A stretch of DNA of 64,000 bases from Eledone cirrhosa (lineage: Eukaryota): positions 21,700,001-21,764,000 of the forward strand of contig OZ024760.1 of NCBI GenBank assembly GCA_964016885.1. The letters run 5' to 3'. The notes under the pieces were generated by a model, which was not told the DNA's origin, ran no database searches, and saw only the letters and a program-made list of their open reading frames with translations. The position numbers and the translations under genes are program-made. Of the stretch, positions 15,330 to 32,810 are shown in pieces (positions within the stretch are counted from its first letter, which is position 1; the number at the start of each line of letters is the position of its first letter).

Positions 15330-15659
15330 CGATGATGATGACAACAATGATGATGTTGATGATGATGGTGACGACGATGGTGGTGATGACAATGATGATG
15401 ATGATGATGATGATGATGGTGGTGATGATGATGATGATGATAAAGTGTGCTTTGTGAGAGGGAGATAAACCCATTGTCCTAACCCATATTTTATGGCAAC
15501 AGCCCTTGATCCTAATCTTAAATAATCTACCCCCCACCCCACCCCCCACCCCCACACAATAAAACAAAAGATAGAGCAGTGAAACAACTAAATAAATAAA
15601 TATAAACAAAAGAAGCATCACCATCATCATCATCATCACCATCAACATCACCTGTAGCC

Positions 15660-16230
15660 TCTCCTCTCTCATTAGCATTCACCTCTACCCCCTCCTCTCT
15701 CATCACATTCACCTCTACCCTCTCCTCTCTCATCACATTCACCTCTACCCTCTCCTCTCTCATCACATTCACCTCTTCCCCCTCCTCTCTCATTATCATT
15801 ACCTTTACCTCTTCTTCTCTCATCACCTTCACCTGTAACACCCGCCTCTCTTCATCAGCATCACCTGTAATCCTGCTACTTTCTCTTCATCATCACCTCT
15901 ACCCCCCTCCTCTCTCATCACATTCACCTCTACCCCTTCCTCTCTCATTAATATCACCTCTACCCCTCCTCTCTTATTAACATCACCTGTATACCTCTCC
16001 TCTCTCTTCAACATCACCTCTACCCTCTCCTCTCTCTTCAACATCACCTCTACCCTCTCCTCTCTCTTCAACATCACCTCTACCCTCTCCTCTCTCTTCA
16101 ACATCACCTCTACCCCCTCTCTCTTCAACATCACCTCTACCCCCTCCTCTCTCATCACATTCACCTCTTATTCCTCCTCTCTTCATTATCACCTCTAACT
16201 CCTCCTCTTACATTAGCATCACCTGTACAC
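15660..16230. repeat. ~30-bp CT-rich minisatellite (CATCACCTCTACCCTCTCCTCTCTCTTCAA)
   Basis: Direct reading. Confidence 0.85.
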
Positions 16231-16704
16231 CCCCCCGCTCCACCTTCAGTTAAACAAAAACACTTTAAAATTCAATCATGTGACTTATAAAAAGGGATCA
16301 GCTTTGTTCCTTAACAACAACAACAACAACAACAACACTATATTCAGTCATGTGACTTATATTTAAAAAAAAAGGATCATCGTAAACCTCGAAAGACAAA
16401 GACAACAACAACAACAACAACAACATCTCTATATTTAATCATGAGATATATATTAAAAAAGGATCAGCCTAGACCCCTTAAGACAAAGACAACAACAACA
16501 ACAACAACAATCTCTCAAACAATTGTTAATCAGGGCTGTGGTGTGAGACTGAACTTAAGTATAACCTTCAGGCCTTGAGATTGAACTTAAGTATAACCTC
16601 CAGGCCTGAGATTAACTTTGATATGTCTGTCTGTCTGTCTGTCTGTCACTGCTTCTTAATGTTCTTTCAGGTTTGCACCTGGTTGAATTAAGGGTATTAA
16701 ATAA

Positions 16705-17044
16705 TAATTGTTTCTATTTTAGGCACAAGGCCAGCAATTAACCAGTACATTACTGGTACTTTATTTTATCGACCCCCGTAAAGATGAAAGGCAAAGTTAA
16801 CCTCGGCGGGATTTGAACTCAGATCATAAAGGGACGTAACTCTATGCTTCAAAGCATGGTGTCCGACTCTCTACCGATACTGCCAATCCAATAATTGTTG
16901 CTACTTTTGGCACAAGGCCAGCAATTACCCAGTACATTACTGGTACTTTATTTTATCGACCCCCGTAAAGATGAAAGGCAAAGTTAACCTCGGCGGGATT
17001 TGAACTCAGAATGGCAAGGGCCGTAACTCTATGCGTCAAAGCAT
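16705..17044 (-). mobile_element. Two adjacent SINE family 1 copies
   Basis: Two consecutive TTTTATCGACCCCCGTAAAGATGAAAGGCAAAG cores (~16765 and ~16950); second copy 5'-truncated. Confidence 0.9.
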
Positions 17045-17088
17045 ATATATAATATAAGATCAAAAGATGGTTAAAAGAGTTTCAAGTA

Positions 17089-17155
17089 TTTTATTATGCG
17101 CATTTCAAAAACAAATATCATCATGGGATCATATCTGCGTTCTCATCAGATAAAA
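17089..17155 (-). ncRNA. Type-I hammerhead ribozyme (left arm of inverted pair)
   Basis: Reverse complement of the 17201-17267 motif, one substitution within the motif. Confidence 0.75.
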
Positions 17156-17200
17156 TCAGATAAAATTTAATCTTTTCCTATCATTGCACAGAAAATAAAA

Positions 17201-17267
17201 TTTTATCTGATGAGAACGCAGATATCATCCCATGATGATATTTGTTTTTGAAATGCGCATAATAAAA
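17201..17267 (+). ncRNA. Type-I hammerhead ribozyme (right arm of inverted pair)
   Basis: TTTTAT-CTGATGA-GAACGCAGATATCATC..GATGATATTTGTTTTT-GAAA-TGCGCA-TA-ATAAAA; 6-bp stem I, long stem II, palindromic stem III. Confidence 0.8.
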
Positions 17268-17412
17268 TACTTGGAACTCTTTTAACCATCTTTTGATCTT
17301 ATATTATTTATACTCCAGTCCTACAAACTGTAGAGTGCTACTTATCCGATATTTGCATTACTTTATTGTGCTACAATATAACTCACCCCCTACACATATA
17401 TATATATATGCT

Positions 17413-17457
<45 letters not shown>

Positions 17458-17752
17458 CTGTATGTTTCGGAGAGAAAGTTAGGTACATGTGTACTCATGC
17501 CTAAATACAAACATGTGACTTGGGTGTTAAATTGTATAGAAATAATTTCTAGTAGCAGCAGCTGCAAACTTCCTTAGTTACTTCCCTTAGACCATAACAC
17601 TACCAAATCTTGTGCTTGTGTGTATCATGTGCACACACACTCACACGAAGCTGTGTACAGGAAGGCATATATAGGTGTGTGTGTGTATGTATGTATATAT
17701 ATATTTTCAGCCCCATGGATTTTATCTATTACATTCACGTATTATATTTCGA

Positions 17753-17810
17753 ATACCTGATGATATCACCGGATTCATACGGAACCCGGTCATTGAAATG
17801 ATCATAGTAT
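17753..17810 (+). ncRNA. Hammerhead ribozyme motif, partly decayed
   Basis: ATAC-CTGATGA-..ACCGG..CCGGT..-GAAA-TGATCA-TA-GTAT, immediately followed by AATAAA. Confidence 0.6.
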
Positions 17811-17863
17811 AATAAACCTTTCAAGGATTTACACAAATCCAGCCTCCTGTCATTTCAAAACAT

Positions 17864-17907
<44 letters not shown>

Positions 17908-18033
17908 TAAAATAACAGATTAAAGTTTAATCTGTTATTTTAATAAATATTTGCTCTACAGTTCTTATATATTTGATATATATTTATCCTTATCGAGCCC
18001 TCTTTGGATTTTAGTCTTCAAATTTATTATTAT

Positions 18034-18087
<54 letters not shown>

Positions 18088-18099
18088 ATGTGTGTGTAT

Positions 18100-18360
18100 A
18101 TCATCATCATCATCATCATCATCATTGTTTAACGGCCATCTTCCACGTTAACATGGGTTAGACGTGAGTTGTGCCACTTGAGGCAAGGTTGGTCGGGTGA
18201 CCATGTCTCGCTCATATAGGACTTGGCAGGCTTTCTATGGCTGGATGCCCTTCCTAACACCAACCACATTTACAGTGTGGAACTGGGAACTTTTTACCGT
18301 GTTACCTACACGGCCACATTACAGCGTGGACTGTGAGTTTTTTGTCGTGACACCTACACT
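18100..18360 (-). mobile_element. SINE family 2, 3' portion
   Basis: (CAT)n, GTTTAACGGCCATCTTCCACGTTAACATGGGTTAGACG, GGATGCCCTTCCTAACACCAACC. Confidence 0.8.
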
Positions 18361-18499
18361 ATCTCGATCTCATTTATCTCATTTATTTGGACTGGATGCC
18401 GTGGTACCAACTTTACAGAGAGAGGGTGGTGTTGGTGGGAGTGGGAGAGTGGTGTAGGGGTAGTGGATTGGGGTGTATATTTGGTTAAGAGGTGCCTAT

Positions 18500-18602
18500 T
18501 GGCTGTAGGTTTCGCTTAGTACATAGGCAAGGCGGGTCTTCTGTATTACTGCGCAGCGCCAAAGATCTCGGTCCAGTGACATTGTCTTAGAGAGGTGCAA
18601 GT
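18500..18602 (-). pseudogene. RTE-type LINE C-terminal fragment
   Basis: Minus-strand translation LHLSKTMSLDRDLWRCAVIQKTR resembles the DRDKWRDAVLNRTR end of the LINE at ~40340. Confidence 0.55.
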
Positions 18603-18886
18603 GTGTATTATATATATATATATGCCACAAAGTGACCCGTTGCAAAACACGTATATGTATATATATGTATATATATATATGTAAACTTTTATATGTAATA
18701 ATCTCCCATTAGGTTGAGATACAAATTTGGCTGTATTGTGCTGTGCTTTCTAGCAAAAATGCCACCAGTCATAAGCAACTACCACACTCCTTCCAACCTG
18801 ACCGCGACTACGTCACGATTTTTAGCCATTTTGAATGAATTCTTGGCGCAATCACTTTGGAAAATTTAATGTCTAGATAAGAGCAA

Positions 18887-18974
18887 ACTTCCTGATGAAT
18901 CCGGTGCTCGAGTTTATATAATTATTACATAATTATTGGAAAACTCAAAATACGGATGAAACCATGGTAGAGGT
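18887..18974 (+). ncRNA. Type-I hammerhead ribozyme
   Basis: ACTTC-CTGATGA-ATCCG..(GAGTTT..ATAATTAT/ATAATTAT..AAACTC)..CGGAT-GAAA-CCATGG-TA-GAGGT; GUA cleavage triplet. Confidence 0.8.
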
Positions 18975-19259
18975 ATTTAAATGTATTCTATTTTCTCCTA
19001 GTTTATTTTACACCTAATTCTGTTTAGTTGACTGTATCTGGGCGATTACGCTGTCGAAATATTCGATAAATATTCCGTTGCGGCCGACACGAAGGGCTGG
19101 TTTCGGTTATTTGTCGGAGATTTCTTCATAGAAGCCTCATTCTTATAGCCTGGTCTATTTGATTTTTTATATAGTTAATTATGCTAATTGGGAGAGGAAA
19201 TGGTATATATTTTATCTTGTGATTCTATAGACATGTTTTATGATATATATATATATATA

Positions 19260-24845
<5,586 letters not shown>

Positions 24846-25006
24846 CCCTCCTTGCCATCATACATGCTCAAATACACAGGACAAAATTTATACACAGATG
24901 TGTTTTGTTTATGTAAAAATGAAAAAAAATATATAAATAACATGAAAACATATGTGCACTGACTGACACACACTCACATGCATGCACATGCACACACACA
25001 CACACA

Positions 25007-25174
25007 CAGAGGTAATATTCGGTTATAACGAATTCCATTATAACAAATTTTTCCGTATAACAAAATCCCTGGCCACATATTTGATGTGTTTTGGTTGATT
25101 TTGTTATAAAGAATTTCTCGTTACAATAAATTTTTTTTATACCCCGTAAATTTCGTTATAATGTAATTTCACTG
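25007..25174. mobile_element. pogo/Tigger-like MITE
   Basis: Imperfect TIRs CAG..TTATAACGAA / TTCGTTATAA..CACTG followed by TA; internal repeats of TATAAC. Confidence 0.6.
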
Positions 25175-25190
25175 TATATCCAAAACACCC

Positions 25191-25258
<68 letters not shown>

Positions 25259-25484
25259 TAATGAAATGACAGGAGGCTAATATTTAACTCCGTAATAGCA
25301 CCACCAATTACTAAAACAAAGACGGTTGAACTGCTTTACGTTGAGTACTCTCTATATTATTACATTGAGATTGACCATATGGAATTGACCAGCTCTATCC
25401 AGTGGTGAACCTTCAAACCTGAATAAATATATATACATATATATAAATATATATATACATATATATATATATATCAATGATATT

Positions 25485-25670
25485 AATTGTTTCTACTTTA
25501 GGCCCAAGGCCAGCAAATTACCCAGTACATTACTGGTACTTTATTTTATCGACCCCGTAAGGATGAAAGGCAAAGTTAACCTCGACGGGATTTGAACTCA
25601 GATCGTAAAGAGACGTAACTATGCTAGAAAGCAGGGCGTACAACCCTCTACTGATATTGCCAATTCACGG
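25485..25670 (-). mobile_element. SINE family 1
   Basis: Family core and B box on the minus strand. Confidence 0.85.
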
Positions 25671-25696
25671 AAACTATATTTATCAAACCATATTTA

Positions 25697-25753
25697 TTTT
25701 ATTATATATATTTCAAGGGTACCAAAATTTTGGTACGCCCTCATCAGATAAAA
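25697..25753 (-). ncRNA. Type-I hammerhead ribozyme
   Basis: TTTTAT-CTGATGA-GGGCGTACCAAAATTTTGGTACCCTT-GAAA-TATATA-TA-ATAAAA; same family as 32239. Confidence 0.75.
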
Positions 25754-25799
25754 TACGACATTTGTTTTATAAATGGTGACATACCCAAGAAACCAGACC

Positions 25800-26090
25800 T
25801 TATAGGTTCAGGTTCAGTTTGGAACCGATAAGGTCTGAGCAAGACACTTTATTTCGCATTGCTCTAATTAACTCAGGTGTAGAAATGAGTTGCGACTTCA
25901 CTGGTGCCAGGCTGTATCAGCCATTGCCTTTCCCTTGGACAACATTAGTGGCATGGAGAGGGGAGACTGGTATACGTGGGTGACTACTGGTCTTCCACAA
26001 ACAACTTTGCCTGAACTTGTGTCTCGGCAGGGAACCTTCTAGGGGCAAATTCCATGGTCATTCGTGACCGAAAGAGCTCTTTAGCCGTTA
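25800..26090 (+). mobile_element. Old SINE sharing the central domain of family 2 but with a different 3' body
   Basis: GAGCAAGACACTTTATTTCGCATTGCTC..ACTCAGGTGTAGAAATGAG matches the reverse complement of ~14695-14750. Confidence 0.6.
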
Positions 26091-26802
26091 CAATATTATT
26101 TACATAGCATTGAAAGATTTATATCTAATCATCATTGTTTGAGAAGATCTTTTATCATAATACAGTAAAATTACAAGTCCTTCTTAAATCAATATAAAGT
26201 TATCTTTCCCCATTCCACTCATGACCTTCCCTTTACACTCATTTTTTCTGTGTTTACCAGTCAGAGTAGTGTGATAAACACCTCTTTCATTTCCAATCAT
26301 TTTACATACTACTTACTCACCCACTCACCCACTCACTCACTTACTCTTTCCCTCACTCACCCACTCACTTACTCTCTCCCTCACTCACTCAGTCACTTAC
26401 TCTCCCCCTCACCCACTCACTCACTCACTCACTCTCTATTTGTTATTTACCATCCTCCTACTTCTGTCTAAACTACATAACATGACAGCAAACAAAAACA
26501 TTTAACTTATCATTATATAGACCTTGTTGGATAATAATTCAAAGAGACCTTGTTGTGGCAAAACTAATAGTTATTGATAGAAAAAAATATATGTGTAAGT
26601 ACCCATGCACATGTATGTATGTATATATATATATATATGTATATACACATACATAAGCACAGATTTATACACACTTAGAGCAGTCTATACAAACATATAT
26701 GTAGATATAAATTTTAGTAACATATTTATACATGCAATAACATAAAAACACACATTATAAAATCATATGTGTGTTTATGGACACACAAGTATATAAAGTC
26801 AT

Positions 26803-26866
<64 letters not shown>

Positions 26867-27936
26867 GACTTTATGACTTTCACCAGAAAACCAAAAGCTG
26901 TATGCGAATGTGTGTATGTTTGAATATGTCCATGTGTAGATGTGAGAAAGATACTTTATATGAAAATGTGTGCACATACATGAGTGCATACATGCACATG
27001 CTGATATATAAGATGTGTTGTGATTTATGAAAATGCATATGCTATGATTTATATGCATGTGTGTGCAAATATGGGCAGTGAATTGACAGTTATTAGAACG
27101 TTGGATGGCTAGAATGCTTTGCAGCATTTGTTTGGGTTCTCTGCTTTCTGGGTTCAAATTCTGCCACGGTCAACTAAGCTTTTCATCAATTCAAAGTCAT
27201 TAAAAAATCTATCAGTCAAATACTGGGGTTGATTCTTCTTCTATATCTCTTTCTCATTTCCTCTCTCACTTTTTATCTTTCTCTGGAAAAAAATCTGCTG
27301 ATTTCAGGCCCAGAAAGAGAAGATGAGCTTCGCTAAGTTTTAAAAAAAATGTTTGTCAATACAGCACCTCCTTACGACTCCCTCTGAAGTTACAGGACCA
27401 TGCATGTGCAAATGTATCATCATCATCATTATCATCATCATGATTTCATCTTTGTTTTCCCATGGTGGTAGATATGGGTTGTCTAGGCCACTCAGTGTCC
27501 TGCCAATTATGTTCTTTAGTCATCTGACATATACTATGGCTCCATAGAAACTTGGAGAGCTTTCTAGCATTAGAGACTGAATCTTCAACAAGACTAAACG
27601 AGTTCTCTAACATACATTGCCTCTATTAAACCCCCTCCCCCTTAGCTTGGATTTTAAAATAGTATGCTCATTTTACAACCAAACCCTTTAAAATACGGAC
27701 TCAATATACCATTGCTCTTAGGGCAATGAGAGCCAAAGGGGTCAATTGACCTGGGCCCCTTGTAGTGACACCATAGAAATTTATTTGTGTGCTAAGCTGG
27801 GCTTTTTAATTTTGGGGGATAGTTACAATTTTTTAATTCAATGCCTCTATGTAAAACTTTTCAATTCCAATTACTTGTACCAAGCTAACTTTGATATATA
27901 AAGTTTGGGGGTTTGCTGTGTATTCTTTGGGGGTTT

Positions 27937-28438
27937 GCAGTATCGGTAGAGGGTAGGACGCCATGCTAGGGCGGTGGATTGGCAGTATCGGTAGAGGGTC
28001 GGACGCCATGCTAGGGCGGTGGATTGGCAGTATCGGTAGAGGGTCGGACGCCATGCTAGGGCGGTGGATTGGCAGTATCGGTAGAGGGTCGGACACCATG
28101 CTAGGGTGGTGGGTTGGCAGTATCAGTAGAGGGTCAGACGCCATGCTTTCCAGCATAGTTACGTCCCTTTACGATCTGAGTTCAAATCCCGCCGAGGTTG
28201 ACTTTGCCTTTCATCCTTACGGGGTCGATAAAATAAAGTACCAGTAATGCACTGGGTAATTGCTGGCCTTGTGCCTAAAGTAGAAACAATTATATGTAGT
28301 AGAAGGCAGTGAGTGAATTGGTAGAATCTTGAGAACGATGGATAGAAAGCTTTGTGGTATTTATGGGGTCGATAAAATAAAGTACCAGTAATGCACTGGA
28401 TAATTGCTGGCCTTGTGCCTAAAGTAGAAACAATTATT
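27937..28438 (+). mobile_element. SINE family 1 with five tandem 45-bp copies of its 5' head, followed by an internally deleted copy
   Basis: GGGCGGTGGATTGGCAGTATCGGTAGAGGGTCGGACGCCATGCTA at 45-bp period (27969, 28014, 28059...). Confidence 0.85.
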
Positions 28439-28666
28439 ACAGGGGTTCTACATGTGGATACATTTCCTAACACCACATCCCTTGTCAGAGTGCACAGAGT
28501 GCGTTTTAGCATGGCACAGATAGAAGAAATGGTGTCCATTCCATGGTGAGATAAACATATCCTCCTTACTTTATGCATTCATGTCTAGATGTATGTGTGA
28601 AAATGTTTTGTAGGTGTCAATATAAATAGGGAATATATATATATATATATATAGATATATAAAAAA

Positions 28667-28697
<31 letters not shown>

Positions 28698-28800
28698 CAA
28701 ATACATGTATATATATATGAATATACAAAAACATATATATATATATATATATATACAGATACAAATACATGTATATATATATATATATATATACATACAA

Positions 28801-28879
<79 letters not shown>

Positions 28880-29098
28880 CAAAAACATGTGTATATATAT
28901 ATAATTTACATACATATATACAAATACATGTGTGTGTATATATATATATATATACTTTGTTATTGAATTTATTTTTGCAAGATTTTTTAATCTGAAAAAG
29001 TGTTGAAACAGATATTGTTATACTCTGGGTGGGTCATGCTGCCAATAAAATCACACACACTCTCTCACACACACACACACACACACACTCACACACAC

Positions 29099-29129
<31 letters not shown>

Positions 29130-29512
29130 ACACCACCACCTCTCTCTTCCATTCTCCTTTTCTGTCTCTACTCTTTCTCTCTTTGTCTCTCTTTCAATCT
29201 ACTCCTTCATAACCACTATCTCTTTCTCTCTATCCTTTTCTCTTTCTCTGTTTATGAAGGTACCTGGAAAAACCCCATATCTCGGGAACCTTTGATTCGA
29301 TTTATGCGAAACTTGTTTTATTCCATTTGTATTCCAATTTCAGGGGCAACTTCCTTTCAAAGTATTTTCCCATTATGCGCCCCCTTTTGGCTGTATTACA
29401 TTACAGACAAGCCAGCAAGCAAACAATCACAGAGTTTTAGTAGTATATAGATTGAAGTGAAAATCAACAGGTGAGTGTGTTTTTATTGGCAGCATGACCC
29501 TCCCAAAGTATA

Positions 29513-29545
<33 letters not shown>

Positions 29546-29625
29546 TGAATATACATATATATATATGTTGATGCATATCTGTATTCATGAGCATTTCTCT
29601 GTGTATGTGTGTGTGTGTGTGTGTA

Positions 29626-29785
<160 letters not shown>

Positions 29786-30864
29786 TATACATATATATAC
29801 ATATATACATAATTCAAACAGGAAAAAAATAACACAACAAAAATCTGCAAACAAAATAAAAAATAAAAATATAAACAAGGGGAACAAATAAAATAAAATA
29901 AAATAAAATAAAACAAAAATAAAATAACAAAATTGAAAATAAATAAGTGTGGAGTGTTAGAGTGGTGTGGTGGTGTGGTGTTAGAGTTGGTGGTGGTGTG
30001 GTGTGAGGTGGTGTGTTAGAGTGGTGTGGTGGTGTTAGAGTGGTGTTGGAGTGATAAGGTAGTGGTGGTGGTGGTGTTTTAGAGTAGTGTTGCTGGTGTT
30101 GGCAGTGTGGTGTTGGTGGAGTGCTGTGTTGCAGTGGTATGGTGTGGTGTGGTTGTTGGTTTGTTATAGTAGTGTTGGTGGTGTGTTACCGTGGTGTGGG
30201 CAGTGTGGTGGTATTGCTGTTGCTGTTGGCAGTGGTGGTATTGGTAGTTGCAGCAGAGGTGGTAGTAGCAGTTATAATACATTAGTATGAAAGTGCTAAT
30301 ATTAGAGGTGATGGCAGCGGTGGTAGTGATGGTGGTGGTGGTGGTGATAGCTGTAGTAGTGTTGATGTAGTGTGACGGTAGGGGGGGGGTAGGATGCGGG
30401 TAATATTGATAGCAATAGTAGTACTGGTGGTGGTAATAGTAATAGTAGTAGTAGCAATAATAGTAGTGGTGGTGGTGGTAGTAGTAGTAGCAGTTATGTT
30501 AGTAAATGTAGCAGTAGCAATTAGAAAAAGTCAGGGTGAGGGTAGTGCTAATATTAGTGGTGGTAGTGGTGGTGGTGGTGGTGGTGCTGATGGAGGTAAT
30601 AGTAGTAGTGGTAATGGTTGTGGTGGTAGTGGTTGTCGTTCCAAAAATAAGATACAACATACAGTAGGCGAGGTTTCAGTACTGGTTAGGTTATCTTCAG
30701 TCTAGAAGAGGAAGAAGAAGAAAAAAAAAAACAAAACCATTTAGAGAAACATTATCATGAGTACTAGAAGAAGAAGAAACAAAATGTGTAGAAGTGTACA
30801 TATATGTATGTGTGTGTGTGTGTGTGCATATATATACATATGCGTGTGTGTGTATATGTATGTA

Positions 30865-30952
<88 letters not shown>

Positions 30953-30960
30953 TATATATT

Positions 30961-30998
<38 letters not shown>

Positions 30999-31227
30999 AA
31001 TATATATATTTATATATAAATATATATATTTATATATATATATATATATATATACATATACACACATACATGCACACACACATATATATATATATAAATA
31101 TATATATATAGATATAAATATATATAGATATAAATATATATATATATATATATAAATATATATATTTATATATATATATATATATAAATATATATATTTA
31201 TATACATATATATATATACATATGTAC

Positions 31228-31270
<43 letters not shown>

Positions 31271-31356
31271 AGTCCCGGTTTCAATCGGAGGTAACCACAG
31301 TAAGTGAAGTATTCAATACATTACTAGAGTATATACAAAATTTAATATAAATATGG

Positions 31357-31403
31357 CTTCTACAGGACTAGAACTGTTTCATTTGAAGAAAATCATCAGG
31401 AAA
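31357..31403 (-). ncRNA. Type-I hammerhead ribozyme
   Basis: TTTC-CTGATGA-TTTTCTTCAAAT-GAAA-CAG TTCTAGTC CTG-TA-GAAG; same family as 59875. Confidence 0.65.
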
Positions 31404-31602
31404 TCATGACTCTTTTCCTATTACCCATTGCACTACTCTAAGTATTGAGTACTCTGGTGCGTTATGGTCCACCTGGTTCCTTACCACACTTTCTTTGTTA
31501 TATATATGTATATATATGTGTGGCTGACAGTTGAGAGAAAGAATTACTCAATACCGAAGAAGAGTTATAATATTCAATATTATGAAGACTACAAAAGTGA
31601 GT

Positions 31603-31674
31603 CTTGTTATTCTGGAGTTTCACCTGTTTATCACAGGGTCATCTCACAGGGTCATCTCACAGGGTCATCAGGCA
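31603..31674 (-). ncRNA. Hammerhead motif (left arm of inverted pair), stem I decayed
   Basis: Reverse complement of 31678-31738 with an extra 13-bp internal repeat. Confidence 0.55.
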
Positions 31675-31677
31675 GTC

Positions 31678-31738
31678 CTTGTCTGATGACCCTGTGAGAT
31701 AACCCTGTGATAAACAGGTGAAACTCCAGAATAACAAG
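31678..31738 (+). ncRNA. Hammerhead motif (right arm of inverted pair)
   Basis: CTTGT-CTGATGA-C CCTGT..ACAGG T-GAAA-CTCCAGAA-TA-ACAAG; perfect stem I, imperfect stem III. Confidence 0.6.
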
Positions 31739-31909
31739 ACTCACTTTCTAGTCTTCATAATATTGAATATATATAACAAGCAAATGCCTTCACTATATAT
31801 ATATATATATATATATAATACTGTAGTAAAAGTTTGTAATAAATATCCAATAGTAAGAGCACTCAGTCCATAGGATGAGTTAGAATAAATAATTACAACC
31901 GTGACATAA

Positions 31910-31959
31910 ACAGGTACTTAGGTTTCAGTGGATTATGCACACCAACTCTTTCAGACTGT
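31910..31959 (-). ncRNA. Hammerhead motif, 8-nt core variant (left arm)
   Basis: ACAGT-CTGAAAGA-GTTGG..CCACT-GAAA-CCTAAG-TA-CCTGT; paralog of 14949-14998. Confidence 0.55.
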
Positions 31960-31988
31960 CATAAGAATATGTCTTTATTATTCTTATG

Positions 31989-32038
31989 ACAGGCTGAGTG
32001 AGTTGGGGTCCAAAACCCAATGAAACTAAAGTACCTGT
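31989..32038 (+). ncRNA. Hammerhead motif, 8-nt core variant (right arm)
   Basis: ACAGG-CTGAGTGA-GTTGGG GTCCAAAA CCCAAT-GAAA-CTAAAG-TA-CCTGT; stems I and II fully paired. Confidence 0.7.
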
Positions 32039-32238
32039 ATATATAACTGACTGTTGTAACTATTTATATATATATATATATATATTAGAAAGTGAGGTTT
32101 TTTTTACAAATTGAAAAATAACCGAGGTGTCCATTACTATTGGAAGCTCCCGGATAGTCTCCCGGGAGCTTCCAACAGTAATGGTTGCATTCTTTAAGGG
32201 TATGTCAATATTTATTTATAAAACTGCTCTATATTATA

Positions 32239-32299
32239 TTTTATCTGATGAAAGCACACCATAATTTAACTTGGTGTTCTTGAAATATGTATAATGAAA
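32239..32299 (+). ncRNA. Type-I hammerhead ribozyme
   Basis: TTTTAT-CTGATGA-AAG C ACACCA..TGGTGT T CTT-GAAA-TATGTA-TA-ATGAAA. Confidence 0.75.
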
Positions 32300-32428
32300 T
32301 AAATATGGTTTTATAAATATAGTTTCCATTTGTTAATATCGTATTTTTACTCCAATTATTTGTTGAGTGCTTTATATCAGTTATAAAAATATTTGCTTGT
32401 TGTATCCCAACAATTTAAATAGAACTTT

Positions 32429-32511
<83 letters not shown>

Positions 32512-32607
32512 AAATAAATAATTCCATCGGAAAGGTCCAGGAAAAAAGAGTGCTCTATGTAGGTTACCACTGGTAAATGAAATAATTGCCTTATGTTGTT
32601 TATTACT

Positions 32608-32666
<59 letters not shown>

Positions 32667-32810
32667 CGAAGGAAATGTGGTAAGGAACCAGATGGACCAT
32701 AACGCACCAAAGTACTCAATACTTAAGGTAGTAGAGTGGGTAATAGGAACGAGTAGGACCCCGACGGCTGAGCTCAAGCCGTTTCGACGGCTAATTCTGG
32801 GGTCTTCTAA

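Noticed and set aside
28441-28548. Exon-like segment AG|GGGTTCTAC...ATG|GTGAGA (GVLHVDTFPNTTSLVRVHRV...)
   Set aside because: Aligns to SINE family 2 (TTCTACAGCTGGATGCCCTTCCTAACACC...), so it is a decayed repeat
30660-30705. Minus-strand CTGAAGA...GAAAC hammerhead-like core
   Set aside because: Stems I and II do not pair and there is no proper NUH; at most a badly decayed relic
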